Source: an uncultured Clostridia bacterium (GTDB lineage Bacteria; Bacillota; Clostridia; Christensenellales; Borkfalkiaceae). From it: a DNA stretch of 64,000 nucleotides. Below, one piece after another: positions 15,501 to 24,242 of this stretch. The notes beneath the pieces were generated by a model. That model did no database searches. It was not told where the DNA came from and was given only the letters and a program-made list of their open reading frames with translations. The stretch lies in the NCBI GenBank assembly GCA_947589235.1, contig CANQAX010000002.1, forward strand, positions 9,054-73,053. Reading direction: 5' to 3'. Numbering within the stretch: the first letter of the stretch is position 1; every line of letters begins with the position of its first letter. A program made the translations under genes and the position numbers.

Positions 15501-16355
15501 TTACTTTAATCCGCTGATGTTGCTTTGGTTGAGGATATACTTCTGGAACACGAGGTACATCACGATGATGGGAATTGTGATGAGGATCATGCCGGCGGAA
15601 CGGACGTAGTTGTCCGCGGCGCCGCCGAACTTGGGATTGAACTGCCGCATGGCGAGCTGCAGGGTATACAGCCAGTCCGAATGCGAGGCGTCGTGCAGGA
15701 TCATCGGGAAGAGGTACTCGTTCCACGTTCCGATGAACGTGAGAATGATGTACGTCACGATGATGGGTCCCGACATGGGGAACACGATCCAGAACAGCTT
15801 CTTCACCTCTCCGCACCCGTCGAGCGAGGCTGCTTCGAGGACGCTGTCGGGAATGTTCGCCATGTACTGCCGCACGAGGAAGATCCCGAACACGTTGACG
15901 ATACCGGGAAGGATGATGCCGAGCGTGTTGGTGTTGATCCCGAAGAAGATGGTGAGCTTGTAGTTCGCGGCGAGCATGACTTCGCCGGGGATCATGAGCG
16001 TCATCATGAGCATGCCCGCGACAATGCCGCTTCCGCGGAAACGGATCTTCGCGAGGACATATCCCACGCACACAACGACGATGAGGCTCAAGAAGGTAAA
16101 CGAACAGGTGTGCAGAAGGCTGACGCCGAGCGCCTGAAAGAAGCGGGACGCTTGGATCGCCGTGCCGAAGTTCTGCATGGTGAAGTCGGCAAACCAGTAG
16201 TACACCTTGCCGATCTCGGGCAGGAATTCGGGCGAGTGGGTGGCGTCGACGAGCTTGAGCCAGAACGGGAAGCACTGCAGAAACGCCACGAGAATGAGGA
16301 ACACGTAACAGAAGGTATGGAACACGTAATCGCGCCATTTGAGCGACTTAATCAT
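15501..16355 (-). CDS. Carbohydrate ABC transporter permease (MalG-like)
   Basis: ORF 15501..16439 trimmed to the ATG at 16355 (GGAGGAG RBS). It is multi-pass, with the EAA-loop region ...LEAASLDGCGEVKKLFWIVFP.... Confidence 0.9.
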   Translation of the reverse strand: MIKSLKWRDYVFHTFCYVFLILVAFLQCFPFWLKLVDATHSPEFLPEIGKVYYWFADFTMQNFGTAIQASRFFQALGVSLLHTCSFTFLSLIVVVCVGYVLAKIRFRGSGIVAGMLMMTLMIPGEVMLAANYKLTIFFGINTNTLGIILPGIVNVFGIFLVRQYMANIPDSVLEAASLDGCGEVKKLFWIVFPMSGPIIVTYIILTFIGTWNEYLFPMILHDASHSDWLYTLQLAMRQFNPKFGGAADNYVRSAGMILITIPIIVMYLVFQKYILNQSNISGLK

Positions 16356-17277
16356 AGGACGTCTCCTCCTTGCCCGAGAGTTTTTTCTGCACGATGGAGA
16401 TCGCCAAGATGATGAAGAAGAGCACAAACGCGTACGCACAGCCCTGCCCTATCCTCATCTTTTCAAAGACGGACTTATAGATGAGGAGCATTGCCGACTG
16501 CGTCTTGTTGTTCGGACCGCCGTTCGTGACGAGCTGCATGGGACCCAACACCTTGAATCCGTCGATGAGGGAGAGCAGGGTATTGAGGAGAATGGCGTTC
16601 CGCATGAGCGGGAGCGTGATCTTCATGAAGATCTTGAAGCGGCTCGACGTCTCGAGGTACGCCGCCTCCTGATAGGTCTCGGGAATGGCGACGATCGCGG
16701 CGTAGTAGATGAGCAGCTTTTGGCAGAATCCGAAAAAGAACGGAATGACCATGAGCGCCCAAATTGCCGTATTGGGGTTCAAAAACCACTCGACGGGTCT
16801 CCCTCCGCACGCGATGATGATCTGGTTGATGATGCCGCCGTTGTCGGGCGCAAACACCGTTTGGGCGATGTCCGCGCCGACGATTGCGGAGACGAGCGAG
16901 GGCCAGAAGAGGAGCGCCAAGAACACCTTTCCTCCCCGTTTCAGGCTCTTGATGAGGAAGGCGCAAAGAAGTCCCATCACGTTGTTCCCGACGAGCATGA
17001 CGATTGTCCAGAGCGACGTGACGCCGATAGCGGACCAGAACTCCTTCGCCTGCGGCGTGTTGGAGAAGATACGGATGTAGTTGTCGAAGGAGATGAGCGT
17101 GACGCGGTCCCACGTGAAGCCGCGGCTCATGTCCGTAAAGCTGACGACGAACGCCCAAACGAAGGCAATGACGAAGAACACCGTCCACCAAAGAAGCGGG
17201 ATCCCGATGATGGAATACGCGGTGATCTCGTTCTTGTACTTCTTCTTAAAAGACGAGAATGCCGATTTCTTCTCCAT
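16348..17277 (-). CDS. Sugar ABC transporter permease (MalF-like)
   Basis: The EAA-type loop reads ...ETYQEAAYLETSSRFKIFMKITLPL.... The start was chosen at the ATG at 17277 after GGTGAGG; 17292 is also possible. Confidence 0.9.
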   Translation of the reverse strand: MEKKSAFSSFKKKYKNEITAYSIIGIPLLWWTVFFVIAFVWAFVVSFTDMSRGFTWDRVTLISFDNYIRIFSNTPQAKEFWSAIGVTSLWTIVMLVGNNVMGLLCAFLIKSLKRGGKVFLALLFWPSLVSAIVGADIAQTVFAPDNGGIINQIIIACGGRPVEWFLNPNTAIWALMVIPFFFGFCQKLLIYYAAIVAIPETYQEAAYLETSSRFKIFMKITLPLMRNAILLNTLLSLIDGFKVLGPMQLVTNGGPNNKTQSAMLLIYKSVFEKMRIGQGCAYAFVLFFIILAISIVQKKLSGKEETSYD

Positions 17278-17295
17278 GCCGTACGACCTCACCGC

Positions 17296-18645
17296 TTAAT
17301 CCATGTAAATTTCTTCGAGGACGCCCCTCACCTGCTCGTGAATGCCCGCGCACTCCTGCGCGACGCCGCTCTTGTCGGAGGGGGTCGTGTGCTGGACGAG
17401 CCCGGTCACGAAGGTGCCGAGGATCTCCTCGATGTCTGCCCAAGCGGGGCTGCCGGGGCGGACGACGGCGCTCTCGAGCTGTTCGATGAACACCTGCCAT
17501 ACATCTCCCGCATAGAACTCGTCCTGAACGCCCGTTCTGGTCGTCGGAATGAGGTTCTGCGCGGTCGAAAAGGCGAGCTGGTACTTGTCGTTCGTCGCGA
17601 CGAATTTCGCGAAGTCGGCGGCGAGCGCAGCGTTGTGGTTGGCGGTGTACCGCTCGTTGGAGATGACGAGGTCATACAGCCCTATCGTCGAGCCGTTGTT
17701 CCCGCCCTCGGTGAAGGGAATGGCGGTGGTGTAGCCGACTTCCCAGCCGTAGTTCGCCGAATACTTCGCGTAGTCCTCGATTTTCCAAGGACCCATTTCG
17801 ATGAAGCCTATCCTTCCGCTCTCGAATTTCGCCTCGCTGAACGAGCTGGGGGCATATTCGCCGAGCTCGAACATCTTGGTCGCTGCGTCGACGCATGCCT
17901 GCGAGTTGAAGAGGCTCGTCTTCATGTCCGCCGAGAGAATCCCCTCCCCGCCGCTGCGGTTGACGAAGGCGAGGTAGCTCATCGCCGCCATCGATTCGTG
18001 GTTGTTGCCCGCGGGAATGGTGATTCCATAGTAGGGGTCGCTCGCGGTCGAGGCGTCGTTGAGCGCATAGATCTGGCTGCAGAGCTCGAGGAGCTCGTCG
18101 AAGTTCTTGGGAAGGGTGACGGAATCCGCCGTCGTGTTCTGCGCCCGCGCGATGAGCGTCTTGTTGTACACCGTGACGAGCACGTTCGCGCTCATCGGGA
18201 GCCCGTACAGCTTGCCCTCATAGAAGCCGGGCTCCCAGAGGGTGTCGACAAAGGTGTCCTCGAGCTCGTCGTAGCCGACGCTCGAGAGGTTGGAGATGTA
18301 CCCGTCGAAGGCGAGCGTCTGCACGAACACGTGGTCGACGTAGGCGATGTCGGGCGCGCTGTTCCCCGTGCAGGCGAGAAGGTAGGCGGGGTAGAAGTCG
18401 GGCGTCGACTGACCGACGATCTCGATCTCCACGTCGGGATAGAGCGCGATGTAGTCCGCCTTCGCCTGCTCGATGGGCGCCATCTCCTTGGAGGAGCCCG
18501 GCCACCACACGGTGATCTTTCCGCTGTGCTCGACGAGCTCTTCGATGTCGGTATTCTGATCCCTTCCGCCGCCCACTGCGCAGCCGCAGAGGCTGAGCCC
18601 CATGACCGCGGCGAGCGCAAGGGAAATGCTCTTTGCTTTCTTCAT
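17296..18645 (-). CDS. ABC transporter extracellular solute-binding lipoprotein
   Basis: The protein begins MKKAKSISLALAAVMGLSLCGC (lipobox). It is 449 aa and adjacent to the two permease genes. An AAGGAG RBS precedes the start. Confidence 0.9.
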   Translation of the reverse strand: MKKAKSISLALAAVMGLSLCGCAVGGGRDQNTDIEELVEHSGKITVWWPGSSKEMAPIEQAKADYIALYPDVEIEIVGQSTPDFYPAYLLACTGNSAPDIAYVDHVFVQTLAFDGYISNLSSVGYDELEDTFVDTLWEPGFYEGKLYGLPMSANVLVTVYNKTLIARAQNTTADSVTLPKNFDELLELCSQIYALNDASTASDPYYGITIPAGNNHESMAAMSYLAFVNRSGGEGILSADMKTSLFNSQACVDAATKMFELGEYAPSSFSEAKFESGRIGFIEMGPWKIEDYAKYSANYGWEVGYTTAIPFTEGGNNGSTIGLYDLVISNERYTANHNAALAADFAKFVATNDKYQLAFSTAQNLIPTTRTGVQDEFYAGDVWQVFIEQLESAVVRPGSPAWADIEEILGTFVTGLVQHTTPSDKSGVAQECAGIHEQVRGVLEEIYMD

Positions 18646-18681
18646 AATTTACTCCTTATCTTGCGGCTGCCCGCAAATTTC

Positions 18682-18730
18682 GGCGGCTTCGCCGAAGCCG
18701 TTAGGGGGGAATGCTCCCGGCGAAGCCGCC
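18682..18730 (-). other. Intercistronic long stem-loop between the giant lipoprotein gene and the SBP gene
   Basis: GGCGGCTTCGCCG ... CGGCGAAGCCGCC forms a 13-bp stem, with no clear U-tract. Confidence 0.4.
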
Positions 18731-18745
18731 TCCCATCCAACCCAC

Positions 18746-21700
18746 TTATTCGCCGAGCTGAATGTACGTGATGACGCAGTGCGAACCTTGGTCCACGCCG
18801 ATGCGGATCTCGACCGTCTTGCCTGCGTATGCGGAGAGGTCATAGTAGAAGCCCTGCGGGCTGTCGTACTCGGAACCTGCCGCGGAATTGATCTCAACGG
18901 TCGTGTTGGCGCCCTCCTGCATTGCAGGGGAAGAGTTTTCCTTCGACGCTTGGATCCTCGTCTCTACGCCGCCGTCCGTGACGGAGACATACATGAGGGG
19001 ATTGGTTTCACCCTCGCGGGCAAAGATACGGACCTGCACATAGAGCCTTTCGCCGTCCTTCACCGTGATGTTACGGGAAAGGTAACCCGTGTTCTTGATA
19101 TCGGCGCCTTCGCCGACACCCTGATCCCAATCGCCGTTGACCGTCCAACCCGTGTTGGCGTCGAGAATGGCGCCCTTCTTGCCCTGTTGACCCTTCACGC
19201 CCCAAACGGTGACGCGGGCAAGGACGGTGATCTCGACGGTCGCGGTCGCCTCTTCGTGCCCCGTCATGGTGATGGTGACGACGTACTTGCCGGGAGCCGC
19301 GTCGCTCTCCGTGGTGAACGTGCCGCCCTCGACGGAGTACTTGGAGGGATCGGTCGCCTCATCGGGCTTCTCGGTGACCGCATAGGTGACCGCCTGTTCG
19401 CTCGGCGTGGTGTAGTAGTCGAGCGTGTAGCTTCCGCCCGCCTCGATGGAGACCTGCGTCGTGTTCGCCGTGACGCTGTAGCTCTTCGCCTCGATGACGA
19501 CCTTCACCTTGAATTCGACCTTATCGGTGTCGCTGCCGTAGGCGAACGCCTTGACGGTGAGGTACCCTTCGCCGTTGCCGACGGGCGTAATGACGCCGCC
19601 CTCCACGGTGAAGATGCTCTCCTTCTCCGCCTCGGCGACATACTCGAGCGCATGCCCTTCGTGCGAGTTGTTGAGCGCGGGGAACACGCCCCAAGGATAG
19701 AGCGAAGCGTGCGTGTTGTGGTCGTAGAAGGTGGTCGTCGCGAGCGTGAGCGTTTTCACTTCCTCGAGCGAACCCGTGTACTTGAGGGTGAGGGGCGCAT
19801 AGACGTTGTCCGAATAGCAGCCGCTGTCCTTATTCGCGCTGATCTCCCAGCCCTCCGTCGTAAGCGAGTTGTGCGCATACATTCTGCGGTAGGTCTCGTC
19901 GGCGATGTTGCCGTCCGTCGCCTCGATGGCGCCCTCCGCCTTCTCGCCGATGGCGATGTTCTTGAGGTACAGGTAGCCGCCCGCGGAGCTGTCCGAATCT
20001 GCGGGGAAGTTGCCGTTGTTCTGCAAGCCGCCGACGACCTCGAAGAGGATGATGACTTCCTTGCCCTCATACGCGGAGAGGTCGAGCGTGATCTTGTAGT
20101 CCTCGCTGTGCTGCTTCTGGCGGTTGGCGACCGTCGTCCACTTGAGAAGGGTATCGACGTGCCACTCCTCCGTCTCGAGATACATCACGCGGACGCGGAG
20201 GTTGGCGCTCTCGAGATACCTGTCGTCGCCGTGACCGTGCGTCTCGAAGGTGAGCCACGTATTGCCCGCCTCCACCTTGACCTTGTTGTAGCCGATGTTC
20301 ACGGGCACATCGCTGTTGGCGACCGTGACATGGCTTTCAAGCTGCATCTGATTTCCGTCGAAGTTGACCTTCGCGTTGCCGTGGCGGATGTCATCGGGTG
20401 CGACCGTCGCGAACACGAACTTGTGGTAGGCGTCCGAATTGTTCCAGCCCGTGCTTTCGTCCACGCCCATGAGGGCGGCGAACGTCTTGGTGACGAGGGT
20501 GTCCTCGACGAAGGAGGTGGACTCGTCGAACGCCTCGACCGTCACGGTGAACGTGATGGCAAGGTCGGCGTTGTCCGTCGGGGTGATGGTGACGGTCGTC
20601 GTGCCGGCGCCGACAATGGTGAGCTTCCCGCCGTCTACGGAGAGAACGTCCGCCGTTCCGAAGGTCACGTCATACGTCTTGACGGAGGCATCCTCGTTGT
20701 ACGAGAAGGAGAGCTGAATTTCGGGGTCGGTGTATCTGCCGTTTGCGTCGTAGGTGAGTTTGAACTCGGAGCCGTTAAGCTCTTCGAGCGCAAGTTCCCT
20801 TCCGCCGTACTCCGCCTTCGCGGTGAACTCGGTGAGTTCATGGTATTCTTGGACGGTGAGGGTGAACGTTGCGGTCGCCTCATCGTTGTCCGTCGAGGTG
20901 ACGGTGACGGTGTACTCGCCGACGGGCGCATCCGCGTCGATGGTGATGAGCCCTGTTGCGGAGACGTGCACCTTGCCCTCGCCGCCCTCGACTTCCGTCG
21001 TGACCGCGTAGGTGACTTCCTTATGGGAAGCGTTCGCGGGCTGCACCGTGACGTTCAACTGGTACTCGCCCTTCTGTCCGACGGTCGCAGCATTGGGCTC
21101 TACCGTGACGCCCGTGACCGCCGTGTAGCCGTTGATCCACGCGCCCTTGAAGTGGAGCTCGCAGTTGTTGTTCTGTTCGTTCTGACCCGCCTGAATGATG
21201 AGGGCGCCCGTCTTGCCGCGGAGCGACTCGACGTCGTATTCCACGTATGGCTTGCCGTCGTCATTCGGCTTGCTCTTGTCGACCCAACCGTTCGAGAGGT
21301 CGGTCTCCTCTCCCGTCTCGCCGTCCACGAAGAGGACGCGGTACTTGCCCTGCGTCTTGTCGTTGTTGCCGAGGCTCATCGTGATGGTGGTTGCCTGATC
21401 GGGAACGGTCACCTTCGCCCAGACGAGCGCGAGCACGGTATCGGGGGAGGACTTGCTCTGCGTCTCGATACAGATGCCGTAGACGCGGTTGGTCTCGCCG
21501 AGATAGAAGAACTTCTGATTGCCGTCAATGCCGTCGGGGTCGATGGTCCTGTTCATGACGAGGTGCCATGCCTCGAACATGCCCTTGCGCTGGTTCCAGA
21601 TATCGTCCGTCCAGTCGCTCGGGTTGTTGTTGTCAAATCCCCAGTTGCAGACGGTGTCCGCCGTAGCATTGTCGTACTCCGACTTGAGCACGCCCTCGGC

Positions 21701-22885
21701 GATGGTGTCGTTGACGGTCACTTTAATTTTAATGGAAGCCTCTGCCGCGGAATTGGTGACGGTGATCTCCGCCGTGCCCGCCTTCGCCGCGACCCAAGAG
21801 CCGTCGGGATTGAGGGTGAACACTTCCCCGTCGGTCGAGGAGATGACCCAGCTCGTGCTCGTCGCGTCCGCGGGAACGGGCGTCATGGTGACGGTGTAGA
21901 GGCTCGGGAAGTACGTCGCATTGAGCGGCTTCTGATAGCCGCCGCGTTCCTGCCCGTCGAGGAGAGCCTGCCCGCGCGCGGAGATGCCGTTCGTCATGTC
22001 CCAAGTCGTGCCCTTTGCCGTTTCAAAGACATAGTCGAAGCCGTCCTCATCCGATTCGGTGAGGTTGGTCTCGATGCCCGTGAGCGCCTTATATTCGGTG
22101 ACGGTCACGCGGATATAGAACACGTAGTCGCCCGCCGTCGAGGTCGCCTGCACGACAAAATCGCCCGCCTCTTCCGATTCGAGCGTGAGCGTGGTATTTT
22201 CCTGCGTTGCGGTGAGCGCGGCATCGGGCGTCTCGGTAAAGACCCCTTCCTCGAGCGTTCCCACAAGGTAGGTGAATGTATTGACCGCGCCGTTCGGCTG
22301 AACGACGATGTTGTGCGTCGAAGTAGCCGCCGTCGAGAAGGTCACGGCGTACGGGGTCTCCGCGGTGCCGTCACCCGACTGCGTATTCGAGATGATGACA
22401 TTCTCGGGCACGACAGGCAGGGAACCGGGATCGGCGGTGACCGTCACGTTGAGAGTGAGGTCGTTCGCCTTGCCGTTCTCCTCCGAGAGCGTGATGACGG
22501 CATTGCCCGCCGAGACCGCCTCAACGGAGAGGGTGCTCTCGGTAGCCGTCGCCGTCGCGACCGCGGGCGCGGAGCTTTCCGCCGTCAGGGTATAATCGGT
22601 GAGTGTCCCGACGACGATGGTATATTCTCTGTGTCCGCCCTCTTCGAGCGAGAGACTATAAGATCCGTCCCCCCCCGCTGTTTCCCCTGCAAGACGAAGG
22701 GTCACCTTGGTCGGGGTATCGGGATCGGAAGGCGTCTGTCCGCCCGGGTTATCGGGATCGGAAGGCGTCTGTCCGCCGGGGTTTTCGGAATCGGGCGCGG
22801 GCGTCTCTTCGCCGCCGCAGGCAACCGCCATTCCGAGCAGCGCCGCAAACAATGCGGGCAGTAAAAACAGTTTCCACTTTTTCAT
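18746..22885 (-). CDS. Giant cell-surface lipoprotein with repeated Ig-like (Big_2-like) domains and a C-terminal beta-sandwich module
   Basis: ORF 18746..22951 trimmed to the ATG at 22885 (AAGGAGAAAAATT RBS). The protein begins MKKWKLFLLPALFAALLGMAVAC (lipobox) followed by an NPGGQTPSDPDNPGGQTPSDP linker. It contains many ...TVTVT..-type repeated beta-rich segments. Confidence 0.85.
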   Translation of the reverse strand: MKKWKLFLLPALFAALLGMAVACGGEETPAPDSENPGGQTPSDPDNPGGQTPSDPDTPTKVTLRLAGETAGGDGSYSLSLEEGGHREYTIVVGTLTDYTLTAESSAPAVATATATESTLSVEAVSAGNAVITLSEENGKANDLTLNVTVTADPGSLPVVPENVIISNTQSGDGTAETPYAVTFSTAATSTHNIVVQPNGAVNTFTYLVGTLEEGVFTETPDAALTATQENTTLTLESEEAGDFVVQATSTAGDYVFYIRVTVTEYKALTGIETNLTESDEDGFDYVFETAKGTTWDMTNGISARGQALLDGQERGGYQKPLNATYFPSLYTVTMTPVPADATSTSWVISSTDGEVFTLNPDGSWVAAKAGTAEITVTNSAAEASIKIKVTVNDTIAEGVLKSEYDNATADTVCNWGFDNNNPSDWTDDIWNQRKGMFEAWHLVMNRTIDPDGIDGNQKFFYLGETNRVYGICIETQSKSSPDTVLALVWAKVTVPDQATTITMSLGNNDKTQGKYRVLFVDGETGEETDLSNGWVDKSKPNDDGKPYVEYDVESLRGKTGALIIQAGQNEQNNNCELHFKGAWINGYTAVTGVTVEPNAATVGQKGEYQLNVTVQPANASHKEVTYAVTTEVEGGEGKVHVSATGLITIDADAPVGEYTVTVTSTDNDEATATFTLTVQEYHELTEFTAKAEYGGRELALEELNGSEFKLTYDANGRYTDPEIQLSFSYNEDASVKTYDVTFGTADVLSVDGGKLTIVGAGTTTVTITPTDNADLAITFTVTVEAFDESTSFVEDTLVTKTFAALMGVDESTGWNNSDAYHKFVFATVAPDDIRHGNAKVNFDGNQMQLESHVTVANSDVPVNIGYNKVKVEAGNTWLTFETHGHGDDRYLESANLRVRVMYLETEEWHVDTLLKWTTVANRQKQHSEDYKITLDLSAYEGKEVIILFEVVGGLQNNGNFPADSDSSAGGYLYLKNIAIGEKAEGAIEATDGNIADETYRRMYAHNSLTTEGWEISANKDSGCYSDNVYAPLTLKYTGSLEEVKTLTLATTTFYDHNTHASLYPWGVFPALNNSHEGHALEYVAEAEKESIFTVEGGVITPVGNGEGYLTVKAFAYGSDTDKVEFKVKVVIEAKSYSVTANTTQVSIEAGGSYTLDYYTTPSEQAVTYAVTEKPDEATDPSKYSVEGGTFTTESDAAPGKYVVTITMTGHEEATATVEITVLARVTVWGVKGQQGKKGAILDANTGWTVNGDWDQGVGEGADIKNTGYLSRNITVKDGERLYVQVRIFAREGETNPLMYVSVTDGGVETRIQASKENSSPAMQEGANTTVEINSAAGSEYDSPQGFYYDLSAYAGKTVEIRIGVDQGSHCVITYIQLGE

Positions 22886-23036
22886 AATTTTTCTCCTTAT
22901 TTTCTTGATGAGTTGTGCCAAGTTCCCCCTACCGAATATCTTGCCCCGCATTCCTCCTTTTCTTTCTTAAAATATTTGGGTGCGGCAGAAGGTGACCTTT
23001 CGCCGATATCTCCGATCCGACTGTTTGGAAAATCGG

Positions 23037-23200
23037 TTTTCTGACTTTTCCCGAAAAGGGGCGCTCGACTTGCACTGAATGTTTTTCCAAGCGCCCCTTG
23101 TGGTTTTCGGCGGACCTCCCTGCCCGCTGCGGCGCCCCTCATTCGGGCGCCGAAAATGGAAAACCGATTTTCTTAAACCTATCATAACACCGATTTTTCC
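23037..23200. promoter_or_regulatory. Three LacI-type operator-like palindromes in the promoter and leader of the lipoprotein/ABC operon
   Basis: GGAAAATCGGTTTTC (23037-23051), GGAAAACCGATTTTC (23158-23172) and CACCGATTTTTCC (23188-23200). The consensus is GGAAAAnCGnTTTTCC with a central CG. Confidence 0.5.
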
Positions 23201-23209
23201 ATTTGTCAA
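23181..23209 (-). promoter_or_regulatory. SigA-type promoter of the lipoprotein/ABC/GxGYxYP operon
   Basis: Minus strand: TTGACA (23209-23204), 17 nt, TATGAT (23186-23181). The spacer contains one operator-like half-palindrome. Confidence 0.55.
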
Positions 23210-23312
23210 TACTTTTCGGAAAAAAAGATGAAAATTTTTTCCGATTTTTTTCACGTCATGCAAGAATTTGCCCCGACGGGAAGAAAAAACGGAACAAATT
23301 CACGATTTCTGT

Positions 23313-24242
23313 TTACAAAGTGTAATAATCCGCGAACACGTGCTTGGGCTCCGTGTCCCCCTCGCATGCGGAAACGAGCATTTCCATCGCCCGTTCGCCG
23401 AGTTTGCTGTAATCCTGCCGCGCGTATTCCCAGTGGACCTCGTTCTCGTCGTCCTCGCCGAGGGAATACAGGGCGAAGTCCTTCCCGGGCTCCGTGCCGC
23501 TTTCCTTTGCCGCGCGGTAGATGCTTGCGGCGATCTTCCCGTCCGAGGCGATGTACGCGGCGCCGCACTCGGGCGGACGCTCGACGAGCTCGTCGGGATA
23601 GCAGACGGTGCCCTCCGCCCCTTCGAGTTCGGAAATTGCTCTCCCGAACCCCTCGGCGCGGTCGACGGAGATGGTCTTGTTGCGCTCGCTGTTGACGAGG
23701 CGGAACTTCCTCCACCCCCTTCCGTACAGGCGCTTCACGACGTCGGAGAGCATCTTGACGTTGTCGATGTCGACGTAGCTCATGTCCCCGCTCGCGGGGT
23801 GCCCGATGACGACGCACGGGATCATCTGTTCCTCCATCTGGCGGATACGGCTGTCGTCGACGAGGGGGGTCATGAGAATGGCGCCGTCGATGGGCGCGCG
23901 GTCCCGCTTGAGCATGGATTTCGCCTCCTGCGCGTCCAGTCCGCTGTACACGAGCAGGTGCCTGCCCGAGCGCGCCGCCGTCTTGAGGCAGGCGACGATG
24001 AGCGGCGTATAGAACCCCCTGTAGTTGGATGTGCTGTCCTGCTCGAGCACGAGCGCGAGAATTTTACTGTTCCCGTGCGAGAGCGAGGAGGCATAGAAGT
24101 TGGGCTGAAAGTCAAGCTCCTTGCACGCGTCCATGATTTTCTGCTTGAGCTCGGGGCTGACGTACTTCTTCCCCGTGAGGGCGTTGGAGACGGTGGACTT
24201 CGCCACGTTGCAATGCTTTGCGACGTCGTTGATGGTGATCAT
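23313..24242 (-). CDS. LacI-family transcriptional regulator
   Basis: ORF 23313..24476 trimmed to the ATG at 24242 (GGAGAAAAAGG RBS). The protein begins MITINDVAKHCNVAKSTVSNALTGKKYVSPELKQKIMDACKELDFQPN..., a LacI HTH. An ATGA overlap joins it to the GH92 stop. Confidence 0.9.
   Translation of the reverse strand: MITINDVAKHCNVAKSTVSNALTGKKYVSPELKQKIMDACKELDFQPNFYASSLSHGNSKILALVLEQDSTSNYRGFYTPLIVACLKTAARSGRHLLVYSGLDAQEAKSMLKRDRAPIDGAILMTPLVDDSRIRQMEEQMIPCVVIGHPASGDMSYVDIDNVKMLSDVVKRLYGRGWRKFRLVNSERNKTISVDRAEGFGRAISELEGAEGTVCYPDELVERPPECGAAYIASDGKIAASIYRAAKESGTEPGKDFALYSLGEDDENEVHWEYARQDYSKLGERAMEMLVSACEGDTEPKHVFADYYTL

Noticed and set aside
12457-16338. 1293-aa ORF suggesting one giant protein
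   Set aside because: The first ~284 codons are an out-of-frame read through the ABC permease gene. A lipoprotein signal peptide with a strong RBS starts at 15486.
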